From contig KZ538290.1 of assembly GCA_000934665.2 (NCBI GenBank), positions 62,001 to 86,299 on the forward strand: a stretch of 24,299 nucleotides of DNA. The letters are read 5' to 3'. This document shows, piece after piece, positions 11,554 to 21,948 of this stretch. The DNA is from Catajapyx aquilonaris (lineage: Eukaryota). Under the pieces are notes generated by a model. The model saw only the letters and a list, made by a program, of their open reading frames with translations. It made no database searches and was not told the DNA's origin. A program made the position numbers and the translations under genes. Every line of letters starts with the position of its first letter. Position 1 is the first letter of the stretch.

Positions 11554-12631
11554 CAAGATATTTGACAAATAATAACAGCTATACGTACCTGTTCATGGCA
11601 AATACTATGAAGGTGTTGGAAACTATTTTCCTCCCATAGAAATCCCTAAATTAATTTCCAAAATATCGCCGTAAAAAGTTGAAATTCGAGTACCGCCGGC
11701 CAACTGTTAGGCTGATATAATTATGAAATACGTCAAAATATACGTAATAACAATCTTGAGAAGCATACCAAATTAATTTGCTAAAGTCGTCATACTTTGC
11801 AAGAAATAAGTAAATTTGGGAGTTATCCGAAGAGGCAGGCAAGTCTCTGAAAAGTATTGCAGTAAAACTTCTATAAGTCGAACTCCCCTAAGTCGAAGTT
11901 CTCTATAAGTCGAAGTGCAGGCAGGGCCGTACGATAGGAAGGAAATCAATGGATTTTCAGTCTCCCTAAGTCGAAGTTCATGTTGGCGAGTACAGAAAAT
12001 TTTATCATTTCACAGCCGAAGGGTCGAGAGTAGGCCACATGCACAGAAAGGCTCAATTTCCTGATCTCCGTCTACCAGACATACCGAAAGAAGTGTTTGA
12101 CTCGATTATGACAATTATTGAATCCTTGAATCTAAGAATAGGCAAATGTCCATAACTGAGATTTTTTTACACCAAAACAACAAGGAACATTGTAAGTGTG
12201 GTAGTAACAGCTATTTTAAAGTTTTGAACACCTTTCACCGCTGGATATAAAGGTAGGCTTCCTTATAGAGTTCTGTGCTTTAAAAAATCCAAACTTCTCT
12301 AACTCGAATCTTCTATAACTCGAAGTGTTGTTCAGGTCCCATGGAGATTCGACTTATAGAAGTTTTACTGTAATTTATTTCTAGGAAAGTACAACGATTT
12401 CAACAAAGTCTTCTGGCATGGTTCTCAAGATTGTTATTCTGTATATTTTACCGTATTTCATAATTAAATCAGCCTAACTGTTGGCCGATAGTACTTGGAT
12501 TTTCATCTTTTACAGCGATATTTCCAGAAATTAATTTACGGACTTCTATGCGAGTAAAATTTTTTCCAACACATGCATTGTGTAGAGCATGAATGTAAAA
12601 GTATAGCTGTTATTATTTGTCAAATATCTTG
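11554..12631. repeat. Long inverted repeat pair (arms about 260 bp: 11554-11813 and 12371-12631), probably DNA-transposon derived
   Basis: CAAGATATTTGACAAATAATAACAGCTATAC... is reverse-complemented at 12601-12631 and the alignment continues across the arms. A piggyBac-like start TTAA-CCCTTTCAG lies at 11433, with no matching right end found. Confidence 0.8.
11860..12370. mobile_element. pogo/Tigger-like MITE (511 bp) nested between the inverted arms
   Basis: Perfect 23-bp terminal inverted repeats (TIRs) CAGTAAAACTTCTATAAGTCGAA (11860-11882 / 12348-12370); TA on right, TG on left; repeated subterminal TAAGTCGAA/TAACTCGAA motifs. Confidence 0.88.
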
Positions 12632-12769
12632 GAATGCTTGTGAGACATCTGTGGAGGTCAGGCTTTCTTTTTTGCCACGTGAAATGTAAGAGACCAATAA
12701 TTCTTATAATGTGCTGCATGACTTGCTCTGCTCAATATATTTTCAACCATGTCAGGTAGGCCTACTGCA

Positions 12770-12964
12770 CAGGGGTGGTGAAAAAGGTACTTACTTCCTC
12801 TAGGACCTAGGTTCCTTAATATAATCAAAGACAAAGTTAGGCTAATATCCCAGGATTTCAAGTGCAATAATTTCCATCATGGGGCCAAAATCCACTAATT
12901 TCGTCTTAGAATATCTCAAGAAACCTAGATCTGAAAGGAAGTGCACACATTTTGCACTACCCTG
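12770..12964. mobile_element. Degenerate Tc1/mariner-like MITE
   Basis: Imperfect ends CAGGGGTGGTGAAAAAGGT vs (reverse complement) CAGGGTAGTGCAAAATGT; TA at right. Confidence 0.4.
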
Positions 12965-13466
12965 TATGTCATAATAAACTTCAGTCAGTGGTATCATAGT
13001 GCTTACATCATGAGCAAGTAACTCGAAAAGGATGTAAATGGCCTTGTTGACTACAAATTATCATCAGCAGAAGCATATTAACAACTGGACTAACTAGGAC
13101 TAATCTGTCTATACTACATTACATGCAGAGAATACAAATGATAACTGCAACTTATAGTAATAATACTTTAATTCGTTGATAAGACTTGTGTATCAAGTAG
13201 TGCAAACTGACTTGTTCACCAACTGCTATGAACTGTTAGAAATGAATAAGATATCATTGATGCATGTTCTCCAACCACGTATTTTTTTTCAAGTGGCAGT
13301 TGTGGGGCAATTTTTCATCTGATGTTTAGCTTCGCTTACTGCTATCAGTATGCTTTGTCAATAATGATGCTTATGGTGTAAGCCATTAATAGAAGGCGAA
13401 AATAATGTGGAAGAAGAAAGTAGCCCATGGCTTTTATGTTTTGGCATGGAAGTACTAATATTTGTT

Positions 13467-13836
13467 GGGGAGGCTGAGTGGTGCTGCGGTAACATATGCG
13501 CCCACGGATGTTCAGGTCCCGGGTTCGACTCCCTTCATCTCGTGCGGAGTTCAGGGTCACCTCTGGCTTAGTCTCGGGTGGTATTTCCACAGACTAAACC
13601 ACCCGGGGGAGTTCACTAAAAATGACCACAGCGTCACTGCACCTTGCACATCCCCTCCTGTCATCCCGCCTGTGGGCCCGAGCGCTTCAACTATAATAGG
13701 TTCCAATATTGTATAATAGTTCAAAATAAATGTCTGTGTGATATACCCCCATTTGGGGGTGAAAGCACTATCCCAGGATTTTATTATTATATATTATATT
13801 ATATTACTGTGTTGTTGTTGTTGTTGTATATTATAT
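13467..13836 (+). mobile_element. tRNA-derived SINE, copy 1
   Basis: A-box-like TGGTGCTGCGG and B-box GGTTCGACTCC; TTA/TTG simple-repeat tail; 14-bp TSD TACTAATATTTGTT at 13453-13466 and 13837-13850; alignable along its length with copy 2. Confidence 0.9.
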
Positions 13837-13891
13837 TACTAATATTTGTTAACCTATCACTCAAATCAAACTCTGACTACGAAAGAAAGTA

Positions 13892-14050
13892 CAGTTGACT
13901 CTGAATACAACAGCCTCGGCTATAACAGACTTGAAAGGCTGGTCCTGCCATGCTTCTATTTACAGCCTGTGTATTTGGCTACAACAGACCTCAGTTGCAG
14001 CATACTGATTTCCGCGCTCCTTTGATATCTGTTATATCCCAAGTCTACTG
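13892..14050. mobile_element. Small pogo/Tigger-like MITE (159 bp)
   Basis: 22-bp TIRs, 17/22 identical (CAGTTGACTCTGAATACAACAG vs CAGTAGACTTGGGATATAACAG), TA on both sides. Confidence 0.7.
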
Positions 14051-14507
14051 TATTAGGGAGTTGCAGCCAAAATGGTGATGATATGCTGATTTTTTAAAGG
14101 TCCGAATGATATCACCATTGTTGTCACAGCTTAGCAAGTTGCAATGACAATGGCAGCAAAGGTTGCCATTTGTACATTATAAAAAGCTTCGTAAAAAATT
14201 TGATTGTTCTACCCAAACTAGACCATCATGCTAAAGCAAATTTCAATTAAGAGCCATTCATTGGAAGATAAGCAGCTGATATTTACATGTACGTCTCTTA
14301 GAATGTAGCAAACAACATTCCAGTCCCATCACATGCAGCCCCAGCCTGAACGGCTGCCAATAAAGCAGAACACAGAAATATTCACTATCAGTATATACAT
14401 ATCCACATTAATGAAGGAATCAAAAGCATTTGGATTAACTCTTCTCTATTTCAGATATAAGGCATATAAGGGCATGCAATCCACTCTGAAAGTTCTTGTT
14501 GACTCAC

Positions 14508-14712
14508 TTAGATGGAAGCTGAGAAATCTTAGAAGTGACAGTCCCCTGGCTTTTCTTGTAGGTACTCTTCCCAGGAGGCACCCTATTGGAAGAGACCTGT
14601 GAAATCCCCACAATAGTCCCTCCAGTTGCCGCTAGTCCGTAATTCCTCCGTAGAGTAGAACTGGTTACTTTGCTCAGAGTTGTCTTGGCTGTGGTTTTCC
14701 CTGTAGTAGTAT
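14508..14712 (-). CDS. PPP4R4: PPP4R4-like internal exon, S/T/K-rich disordered region (TTTGKTTAK...KISQLPSK)
   Basis: Follows a 70-nt intron. Acceptor cattag|AT (alternative in-frame acceptor ctacag|GG, start 14700); strong donor AA|gtgagt; phase 1 to 2. Confidence 0.72.
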
Positions 14713-14782
14713 CTAATGCACAATCATCCCTTTTCATTACTATTTGATGAATTTTAAAAAGGAAATGAAGAAAAATTCTCAC

Positions 14783-14921
14783 TCTGGGCAGAAATCCTCT
14801 TGCGAACAGATGATGCAGCCCCTGCCTTCCTATGAAAGATAGCCATCTTTCCTGACACACAAAACTCTTCCTCTGCTTTCTTCTCGTCTTCAATGTCCTC
14901 CATGGACTTTGAAGAACCAAA
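14783..14921 (-). CDS. PPP4R4: PPP4R4-like internal exon (FGSSKSMEDIEDEKKAEEEF...RKRISAQ)
   Basis: Acceptor ttgacttccag|TTT, donor CAGA|gtgaga; 139 nt, phase 0 to 1. Acidic segment parallels human FQKKFYEKDLLDQEKEREE. Different frame from listed ORF 14504..14932. Confidence 0.8.
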
Positions 14922-15246
14922 CTGGAAGTCAATTCAAAGAGTGAAACTTAGTGATTGAAGACACCCGTTACACACATACAAAAAATGGGGAAATAAGTCA
15001 TAATCACATAACATAAATAATGTGAAACATGTCTATAGTGGACCCTGGCTACAGGGGAAATCTTCTCTACTGTGAGGAAAACCCGGCACTGAAGGTTGTT
15101 GCACAAATTGTTAGAGTACAGAGCAGGAGGAAAAAACAGCCTAGCTGGTGAAAAGTTGGCAGAGTCCCACAAATTCAAATGATGTACAAACTTTCAAACA
15201 CCTGTAATGGGGCTTACATTTCTTTTTTGTTTAGTGTTATACTATA

Positions 15247-15739
15247 CAGGGTGTATCTGAACTCAGTGCCTCGATGTATATGACTGCCTTCCTAGCCACC
15301 AGAGGATTGATTTAAGTATAGGAGTCATTATGTCTGGCCGCCGCATTACTGAGATAATTGGCCGCAAACATGTAATACAAAATATCCTGTCGGTTAGGCC
15401 ACCCATCGAACCCTCCCTCAGTCAGAAGGCTCTGGAAGGTCTGGGGGCGGGACTTTGTTGGTTTCTTGCCCACAGGTGGTAAGGCCTCTTTGGCTAGTTA
15501 CACCAGAAAATTCTATATAAAAGTCAGAAGGAGCGATTAGGCAAAAATCGCTAAGGACCGTTTTCTCGAACAGTGGTTCAAATGTAAACCCGGTTCAAAG
15601 CCGGTTTAAACCCTTGACAACAGCCTAACAACAATCAAATCAGGGATTAAACTGGCTTTGAACCGGGTTTACATTTGAACCACTGTTCGAGAAAACGGCC
15701 CTAAAGAGTGTATCTCAGTAATGAGGCTGCCCAGACATA
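15247..15739. mobile_element. Older Tc1/mariner-like MITE remnant hosting the Harbinger-type MITE
   Basis: TA-CAGGGTG start at 15245; inverted pair TATGTCTGGCCGCCGCATTACTGAGATA (15329-15356) / TATCTCAGTAATGAGGCTGCCCAGACATA (15711-15739); right terminus not found. Confidence 0.5.
15555..15701. mobile_element. PIF/Harbinger (Tourist-like) MITE, 147 bp
   Basis: 60-bp TIRs with 3 mismatches (15555-15614 / 15642-15701), starting GGRCCGTTTTCTCGAAC; 3-bp TAA TSD at 15552-15554 and 15702-15704. Confidence 0.88.
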
Positions 15740-16273
15740 CTGAGTGCATTTACATGGGACTAAAAATCGCCCTAGCCTATGCTAGGCGAACCCAGGACTG
15801 CTGGAACCAAGATCAGATATATCTGCCATAAAACTGCTGCAGTAATCAATAGAAAATGCCTCGGACAGTACCATCATGGCAGATATACCAGACAGTTGGT
15901 CCATTTGTGGACAGATGCCTCAATGTTCTTGGGAAGTACAGTACAATAGCATAAGCCATGCACTCCCAATCATTTTTGCCTGTCATTTTCTTTCACATCC
16001 CTCCCCATTCCCAAACTAAGGCTTGATTTTATCAATAGTCTGGGGGCAGTACAACTGCACCATTGTCTGTAAAGCTTTGATAGCCTGTATTTCATTGTTG
16101 ATTGCTTGACATCAGTGAAACACAGGCCAACAACAATGACGTACAAGCCATCAAAACTTGACACACATTCATGCAATTTGTCCAAAATATGATAAATGGC
16201 AAGAATGCTATGAGTAATATAAATATCATGGAAGCTGGTTTTAAAAAATCTAATAAGGAAAAAAGAAACATAC

Positions 16274-16714
16274 TGCATCCATGGAGACTTCTATCTTGTC
16301 CAATTCTGTAATTGCTGAGCTCAGAGCAGCTGAAACATCTCTCACTTTCTCAATAATCATGAGTTTACGAACACAAGACTCAAGTTCGTTAAGTAAGATT
16401 TTGTCTACTGGCATCCTGAGCAGACCTTTCAGCTGGGGCAACATGGAACACAGCTTCAACCGAATGTTTGGTACTGGATCACTGGCCAATTTTAGAAGTT
16501 CAGAGAAGAACCGCTGCTTGAAGTATTGGCGTGAAAACATTTCAATGACCATCACGCACACGTGAATAAACATCATGCGATGATAACAACTGTATCCCTG
16601 TGCCAGATCTCCTTTAAAAAATCGGTAGATGTCCTCTCTTCGGTCCTCATTTAAACTGCACCGCATGATCACCAACAAGGTTCGGGCTGCCTCCCTTCGG
16701 CATGGCATTGTCCT
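16274..16714 (-). CDS. PPP4R4: PPP4R4-like internal exon, HEAT repeats (RTMPCRREAARTL...DPVPNIRLKLC...EVSMDA)
   Basis: Acceptor ttttgacag|AGG, donor GCA|gtatgt; 441 nt, phase 0 to 0; strongest similarity to PPP4R4. Confidence 0.93.
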
Positions 16715-16946
16715 CTGTCAAAATAAAGAACCACCAGGGTTTCCATTACACTCAATTGAAACAGCATTATAAATATAAATATTTGATAACATTCATAATG
16801 GAGAAAGAGAAGGAAACTGATCAAGTAACTGTTCATAAACTACAAGTTTTCAACTGTCTAGACTCTAGTGAGTAGCATAACGAAGCGAAATTTCCCATAT
16901 AAAAACCAGAAAAATTCCCAAAAGCCATAGCACGAGAATCAATAAT

Positions 16947-17279
16947 TTTAATAATAATAACAATCCAAGTAGTGCACGAACTCTTTCCGAGTTATATGGC
17001 ACAGACCTTTATTACTCATATACATCAGGACTGATAGCGAATCGCCCGGGCCCACAAGCAGGGTGACTAGGAGGGGATGTGCAAAGTACAGTGCAATGTC
17101 GTGGGTGAGGTCATTTTGTGAACTCCCCAGGTGGTTAGTCTAAGGAATCCCACCCGAGACGAAGCCAGATATGGCCCAAACTCTGCACGAGATGAAGGGG
17201 GTGTCCCCAGGCTGGGATCGAACCCGGGACCTTAACATCTGTGGGCGCGTGCGTTACCGCCACGCCACTTCGCCTCCCT
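16947..17279 (-). mobile_element. tRNA-derived SINE, copy 2 (same family, opposite orientation)
   Basis: On the minus strand: A-box-like TGGCGTGGCGG, B-box GGTTCGATCCC, (TTA)n tail; 17-bp TSD GCACGAGAATCAATAAT at 16930-16946 and 17280-17296. Confidence 0.92.
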
Positions 17280-17407
17280 GCACGAGAATCAATAATCACT
17301 TGTGACCCACACTTCCATAGCTTCGCAGATCAATCTGAGATGTGGACTTTGAAACTCCTATTATTACACGTTAATAGTAAACAGCAATTATGATTCTTTT
17401 GCTGCCC

Positions 17408-17420
17408 NNNNNNNNNNNNN
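17408..17420. other. Assembly gap (13 N) next to a poly-C run; a single N also at 18254 within poly-C
   Basis: N characters in the sequence. Confidence 0.99.
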
Positions 17421-17816
17421 CCCCCCCCCCCCAAAAAAAAAAGAAACAAAATATGAAATAGCACATCCCATCAAGGTTTAACACCACTGCTGTTGATGGC
17501 TAATGTAACTTTCCATGTTCCATTTCTATGAAACTCAAATCTGTGCAGGTATGATCAAGGACCCTACAAATAAATGCAGTCCATGCATTAAAGCCATGTT
17601 AACACTAGCATCATCCAAATATGTCAAAAACGCTCCCAAACAATCAGCACTACTCTACAGGAAGACAGTGGAACACTACTATGGAAATCAGAATGTTGCA
17701 CATGTTTCAAGCATCTTAGAATGAGCTAGTCTGTAGTTGTATACTGCTTGGGGTTCCCACTGATTATGTCTAGCAAAAGCACACCCACACAGAAACCTAT
17801 TTAGGCTGTATCTTAC

Positions 17817-18002
17817 CAGACTTTGAACCTTGTGCTTCAGAACTGATGTAAATGTGTCGTGAACCATATCTGTTGGAAAATGACGACAAAGGGTTGCCAT
17901 CTTCTGCAGCACCTCTACATGCAGACGCCAGTTGTAAGTTGCTGAAACCTCTGCCTCACAATGCAAGAGGGCATCACAAAGGTCCATCAGTCCAGGTGTC
18001 TG
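17817..18002 (-). CDS. PPP4R4: PPP4R4-like internal exon ((Q)TPGLMDLCDALL...YNWRLHVEVLQK...HKVQSL)
   Basis: Acceptor ccttttctcacctgccagcag (tandem CAG; start 18002 or 17999), donor CTG|gtaaga; phase 0 to 0. Matches the human ...DLIPAL...KWRTHEKLLQK segment. Confidence 0.9.
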
Positions 18003-18879
18003 CTGGCAGGTGAGAAAAGGTCTAATAACACGCAGGCCATGAAAAATTATCAAGATGTGAAAATACGTCGCTAAACCAAAGGAGGATTCAGTCCTATCAA
18101 AGCAAAATTTTGGTTGGTTCCAAATTGGGCATGGAACAGGAGGGAGACTGATTAGTGGCTCATACTGAATGTTACTCATAAGCACATGCACATCAAGGTT
18201 TTGTTTGTTACAATAGTCATATGAAGCAGAATGTGTGACATTAATGGGCACCCNCCCCCCCCCCCCCCTGAAGCCCATCCACATAAGACACTGCACGCAA
18301 TATGCTTGTGAAAATATGTGCTCATTCTGATGCTGACATATTTGCACAAGCAGCCCATAGTGCATGAGCCTTGTGCAAAAACTGAGTGGTCTTTGGGGAA
18401 ATAGGCTTTGAATGTTAAGGCAGGAGCCAATAAGATGGAACAGGACCCATGTTCTGGCCCTGCCAAATGGTTCACAGTGCCAACTGCAGTGGGTGTGTCC
18501 CAAGTTTGCAGCAGATCTAAACAGCCAACAAAAGTAGTGTCTAACACAAGGGGTTGCCACGAGAGTCTGGAGCTTGAACACAGCAGCCCCTATCCCTACT
18601 CAGTACTGCCAATTGGGGAGCCAATCACAATAGGTTGCTTCCAAGATGCCAAGCGTAGCCTGTGCCTGCCAAAGGGCAGTGAAGGTTGTGGCCTTCCTCC
18701 TGCTTAGCCAACCGTTTTAAACTATGAGAAATCGGCGTTGTTTGATCCTGTCATCTTAGCATCACTCGTTGGCACTGCAAACCATTTGGCTTTGCCAGAA
18801 TATTTGTCCAGGGCAGACTCACACCACCATTTCATTGTGTCCCCTACAAATCATGGTCAACTACATCATGCTACAATGA

Positions 18880-18960
18880 CAGTAGTAAAAGTAGCAGCAA
18901 TGCAGTAGCAGTAGTAATAGTAGTAGTACTGTCTTTAAAGTCTTGTAGTAGTATTAGTAC
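18880..18960. repeat. Degenerate (AGT/AGC)n microsatellite
   Basis: agtagtaaaagtagcagcaatgcagtagcagtagtaatagtagtagt... Confidence 0.7.
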
Positions 18961-19165
18961 AGTTTGGTTTGATTAGGAAGGAGCTACCATGGCAACTCCA
19001 ACTCAAATTTTGATCAAGGTGTCATTCTAAGTACGAGGTACCACTGTACTCACGAAGTAGGTAGTGGACTTAATCTTTTACGCAGGGATCTAGTAACAAC
19101 TAATTTTTTTAAATAACCTCTACATGTAGTTCCTCCAAGGTAACTGCTTAAAAATAAGAAACCTA

Positions 19166-19415
19166 CCGTGCGGGCTGACTTTGTGACAAATAAGTTTTTC
19201 AATTCTCGCGCCACTATTATTTTAGCTTTTTGAGCACCAGTAGATGGCTACGTATGTTGTGCTACCTAGTAGCTAGCTTGGAAAGCTCCTAGATCTCATG
19301 CACTGTTGGCAGTCACATTCCAAGTTTGCAAACTGTACGAGGGTGTTTCATGAATTGCGTACTTTTGCGGGGTGACTTCGTGACAGCATCAACTTGTCAC
19401 AAAGTCAGTCCACGG
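19166..19415. mobile_element. MITE with CCGT termini (probably Tc1/mariner superfamily)
   Basis: Imperfect TIRs CCGTGCGGGCTGACTTTGTGACAA / TTGTCACAAAGTCAGTCCACGG; TA at left; related motif repeated internally (19369-19386) and again near 20326 and 20396. Confidence 0.6.
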
Positions 19416-19601
19416 ATATTATTTATTGTTTTGACCTATGTCCCAGTCCTTTAGGGTACCATACCACTTGAAATTACACACATCCAAATGAAAATCCAAA
19501 GAAATCAGCCGCCAAGGTCTTTATGAAGTTAAGGACTTGACCATAAATACTTTTAAAAGGACAAAATGTTTTCCATAATATTACACTGTATGGAGGGCTC
19601 G

Positions 19602-20195
19602 GGGAGAAAAACATGATAACTGCCACTGAAAAATGCAAAAAGTTCTCGGCCTGATTTTTTTCCGCGGAAACAAACGAAGCACAGGGGGTGTCCTTCTGTG
19701 GGTAGATGTGGAGTACCGTCACGAGTATTCGTGAATATTTTCCCGCCTGCAGACAGCACCAGTCGTTAATAGCCAGCATGTGAGCCCACTGCCGCATGGC
19801 GGTTAACACATTTTATTCCTGAGACGTTCAATTCATGCCCAAGCTACCTACCAAAGGAGCTGCTACAAGTCTCGCAGGACATTCTGGACTCCTCAAACAG
19901 TGACCCTGACTTCCTGAACACTGTCATGACTGGTGACAAGTCGTGGGTCGTACCCTATTCAAGTTGTTCCGTCATTTTTGTGGGAAATGAAAATTCAACG
20001 GGTGCCGAGTACCCTCGGTCACTCACAGGCTGACTGCCAGCGACTGACTCTCTCTGCAAGTGGTAAAAAATTCACAAATATTCATGAAGGTACTCCCTAC
20101 CAGAGGACACCTTCCATGCTTCATTTGTTTCTGTGGGAAAAATCACGGCGAGAACTTTTTGCATTTTCCACTGGCAGTTATCACATTTTTCTCCC
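19602..20195. repeat. Inverted repeat pair (about 180 bp: 19602-19784 and 20021-20195)
   Basis: GGGAGAAAAACATGATAACTGCCACTGAAAAATGCAAAAAGTTCTCG... is reverse-complemented with substitutions; this explains the paired look-alike ORFs 19553..19759 and 19933..20229. Confidence 0.8.
19832..19949 (+). pseudogene. mariner transposase fragment
   Basis: Translates, with one frameshift/deletion, as FMPKLPT..KELLQVSQDILDSSNSDPDFLNTVMTGDKSWV, matching the mariner WVPxxL linker and TGDExW first catalytic Asp motif. Confidence 0.8.
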
Positions 20196-20811
20196 AAGCT
20201 ATTCATATATAATCAATTTTATAAAATAATATATCATAGTAAAGACTAAAATTTGTCTAAAAGAACGAGTATTAGGTGTTACTGTGTTATATTACCTGTT
20301 TCTCATGTTTAATCTTAAGGAATTACTGTCACAAAAGTAAGACATTTATTGGAAAACCATTAAACCATTTCTGCTGATACGAAAAACCTCAAAAACTGTC
20401 ACAAAGTCCCTTACAGCAGTGCACAAAAAATTACTGATCACTTCAGGCATTTTTATTGAAACACACTATAATGTAACTTCATCTCTTAGGCCAGGTTTCA
20501 CTGCCTTCATGGAACATATCAAGCTTGAAAAGAGCCAGTAACAGTTGTTATTTGCAGTTCAAAACATTATTGACAACAACTAATAACAAACTTTTCTCTT
20601 TTCCAGTAAGCAGTGCAACTGAACCTTGGACAACAGTTCTGACCAATTTTCATCTTATCATCAAGTAAATAGGATTATAATGCCTCAGTACAGGTGCTAT
20701 CAGCAGAATATTATAGCTGATACTTTTTTCATAAGATACAAATGTGAAAGTGTATGCAATAATACTGTGCCAGTAAAATATGGTCTAAAGAAATTATAAA
20801 CCAAGGCTAAC

Positions 20812-21171
20812 CGATTTATCGCCTCTAAGTGCCACTTCATCCGCTATGGCCTCAATGACGACGCCCAAATTTGGGATGAGTCCCTCAAGGACGTCGACGT
20901 TGCTATCATTAAGCAGTTGAATGAGGTCTGGTAGTACAGTCAATGCATCCTGTCCAAGTTCCAAGACAACCTCATGGAAACCAGAGGCCATGGTGCGACG
21001 AACAATAAAGTAAGGGTCTCTGACAAGGTTGTGGAAAGTCAGATGGAGGATAGTGGGGAAGGCAGATGCACCACCAGAAAATACCAGCATGGCCGGGAAA
21101 TTAAAGGCGCAAAAATGGCGACAGTCTGCACGACGATCAGCATTGTCAATCACTGGTACAAGGTCAGGCAT
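20812..21171 (-). CDS. PPP4R4: PPP4R4-like internal exon, HEAT repeats (MPDLVPV...CAFNFPAML...ALRGDKS)
   Basis: Acceptor ctttgacag|ATG, donor TCG|gttagc; 360 nt, phase 0 to 0; inside ORF 20794..21171. Confidence 0.92.
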
Positions 21172-21561
21172 CTGTCAAAGAAAATTTTTATCATTATTTG
21201 ATTTATATAAGGTAGACTGGAGAAAGTGGAAATATGGGTAAGTGCAACCCACAGATAAAAATTCCACTAAAAATAATGTGCTGACTGCCAATTTCCAGGA
21301 AACAATGTAAACAACTCTTGTGCAGACAATGAGTACTTTGCTAAACTCATCGGTAGAATCAGTGGCTGTCATCATTGCTGAGCTCACCTACTGGTCAATC
21401 TCTGCTGAGATTAATGACACTTTTGTTGCCTAGTTCCATCTTTCAAGATGGCCACTATTCGTCTGAACTAACTCTAAACAACCCCTGCCCCTGCACCTGG
21501 CAACCCATACTCATCAAAGAGGAGCAGTACTACCGTCCACATCTCTATGCTTGGAACTGTA

Positions 21562-21948
21562 CAGTACCGCTCATAAAGAATGGTACGACTCTATGGACGA
21601 AATGTTTATCTTGTTCCCAACCCCTGGGTGGCCAACATGTTTTTAAGTGTCACAGGAAATTCCGGGAAAATGGAATCAAAGTAAAGTAAAAAGAAGAAGA
21701 AAAAAACAAGGCAAAATAGGAAAATTTTAGGTGAAAAATTCACATCAAATCTACATAAGCATTGTACCTAGTTGAACAATTTAGCAATTAAAAGTTTTAT
21801 TTAAAAATCAGGATGGGTCATATGAGTCGCCAGAGGTCCAGAAAAGGTTGTCCTTAGGGTTGCGTCGAAATAAGGTTGGGAGCACTGCTGGACATTGAGG
21901 ATACACCTCGCATCCATGGAATCATACCATTCTTTATGAGCAGGACTG
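21562..21948. mobile_element. Tc1-like MITE (387 bp)
   Basis: 36-bp TIRs with 5 mismatches (CAGTACCGCTCATAAAGAATGGTACGACTCTATGGA, 21562-21597 / 21913-21948), TA on both sides. Confidence 0.85.

Noticed and set aside
11860..11980. CRISPR-like TAAGTCGAA repeats
   Set aside because: The repeats are about 9 bp, irregularly spaced and subterminal to a MITE, in eukaryotic context with no cas genes.
13467..13545. tRNA gene
   Set aside because: The A/B boxes belong to a SINE head with body, tail and TSD; no complete cloverleaf. The same applies near 17210-17279.
17688..18581. 297-aa ORF as a separate gene
   Set aside because: Only 17817-18002 is exon; the rest is intron read-through across a poly-C run containing an N.
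21611..21887. hAT-like ends (TTCCCAACC / AAGGTTGGGAGCACTG) inside the Tc1-like MITE
   Set aside because: Too short and degenerate, and no 8-bp TSD found.
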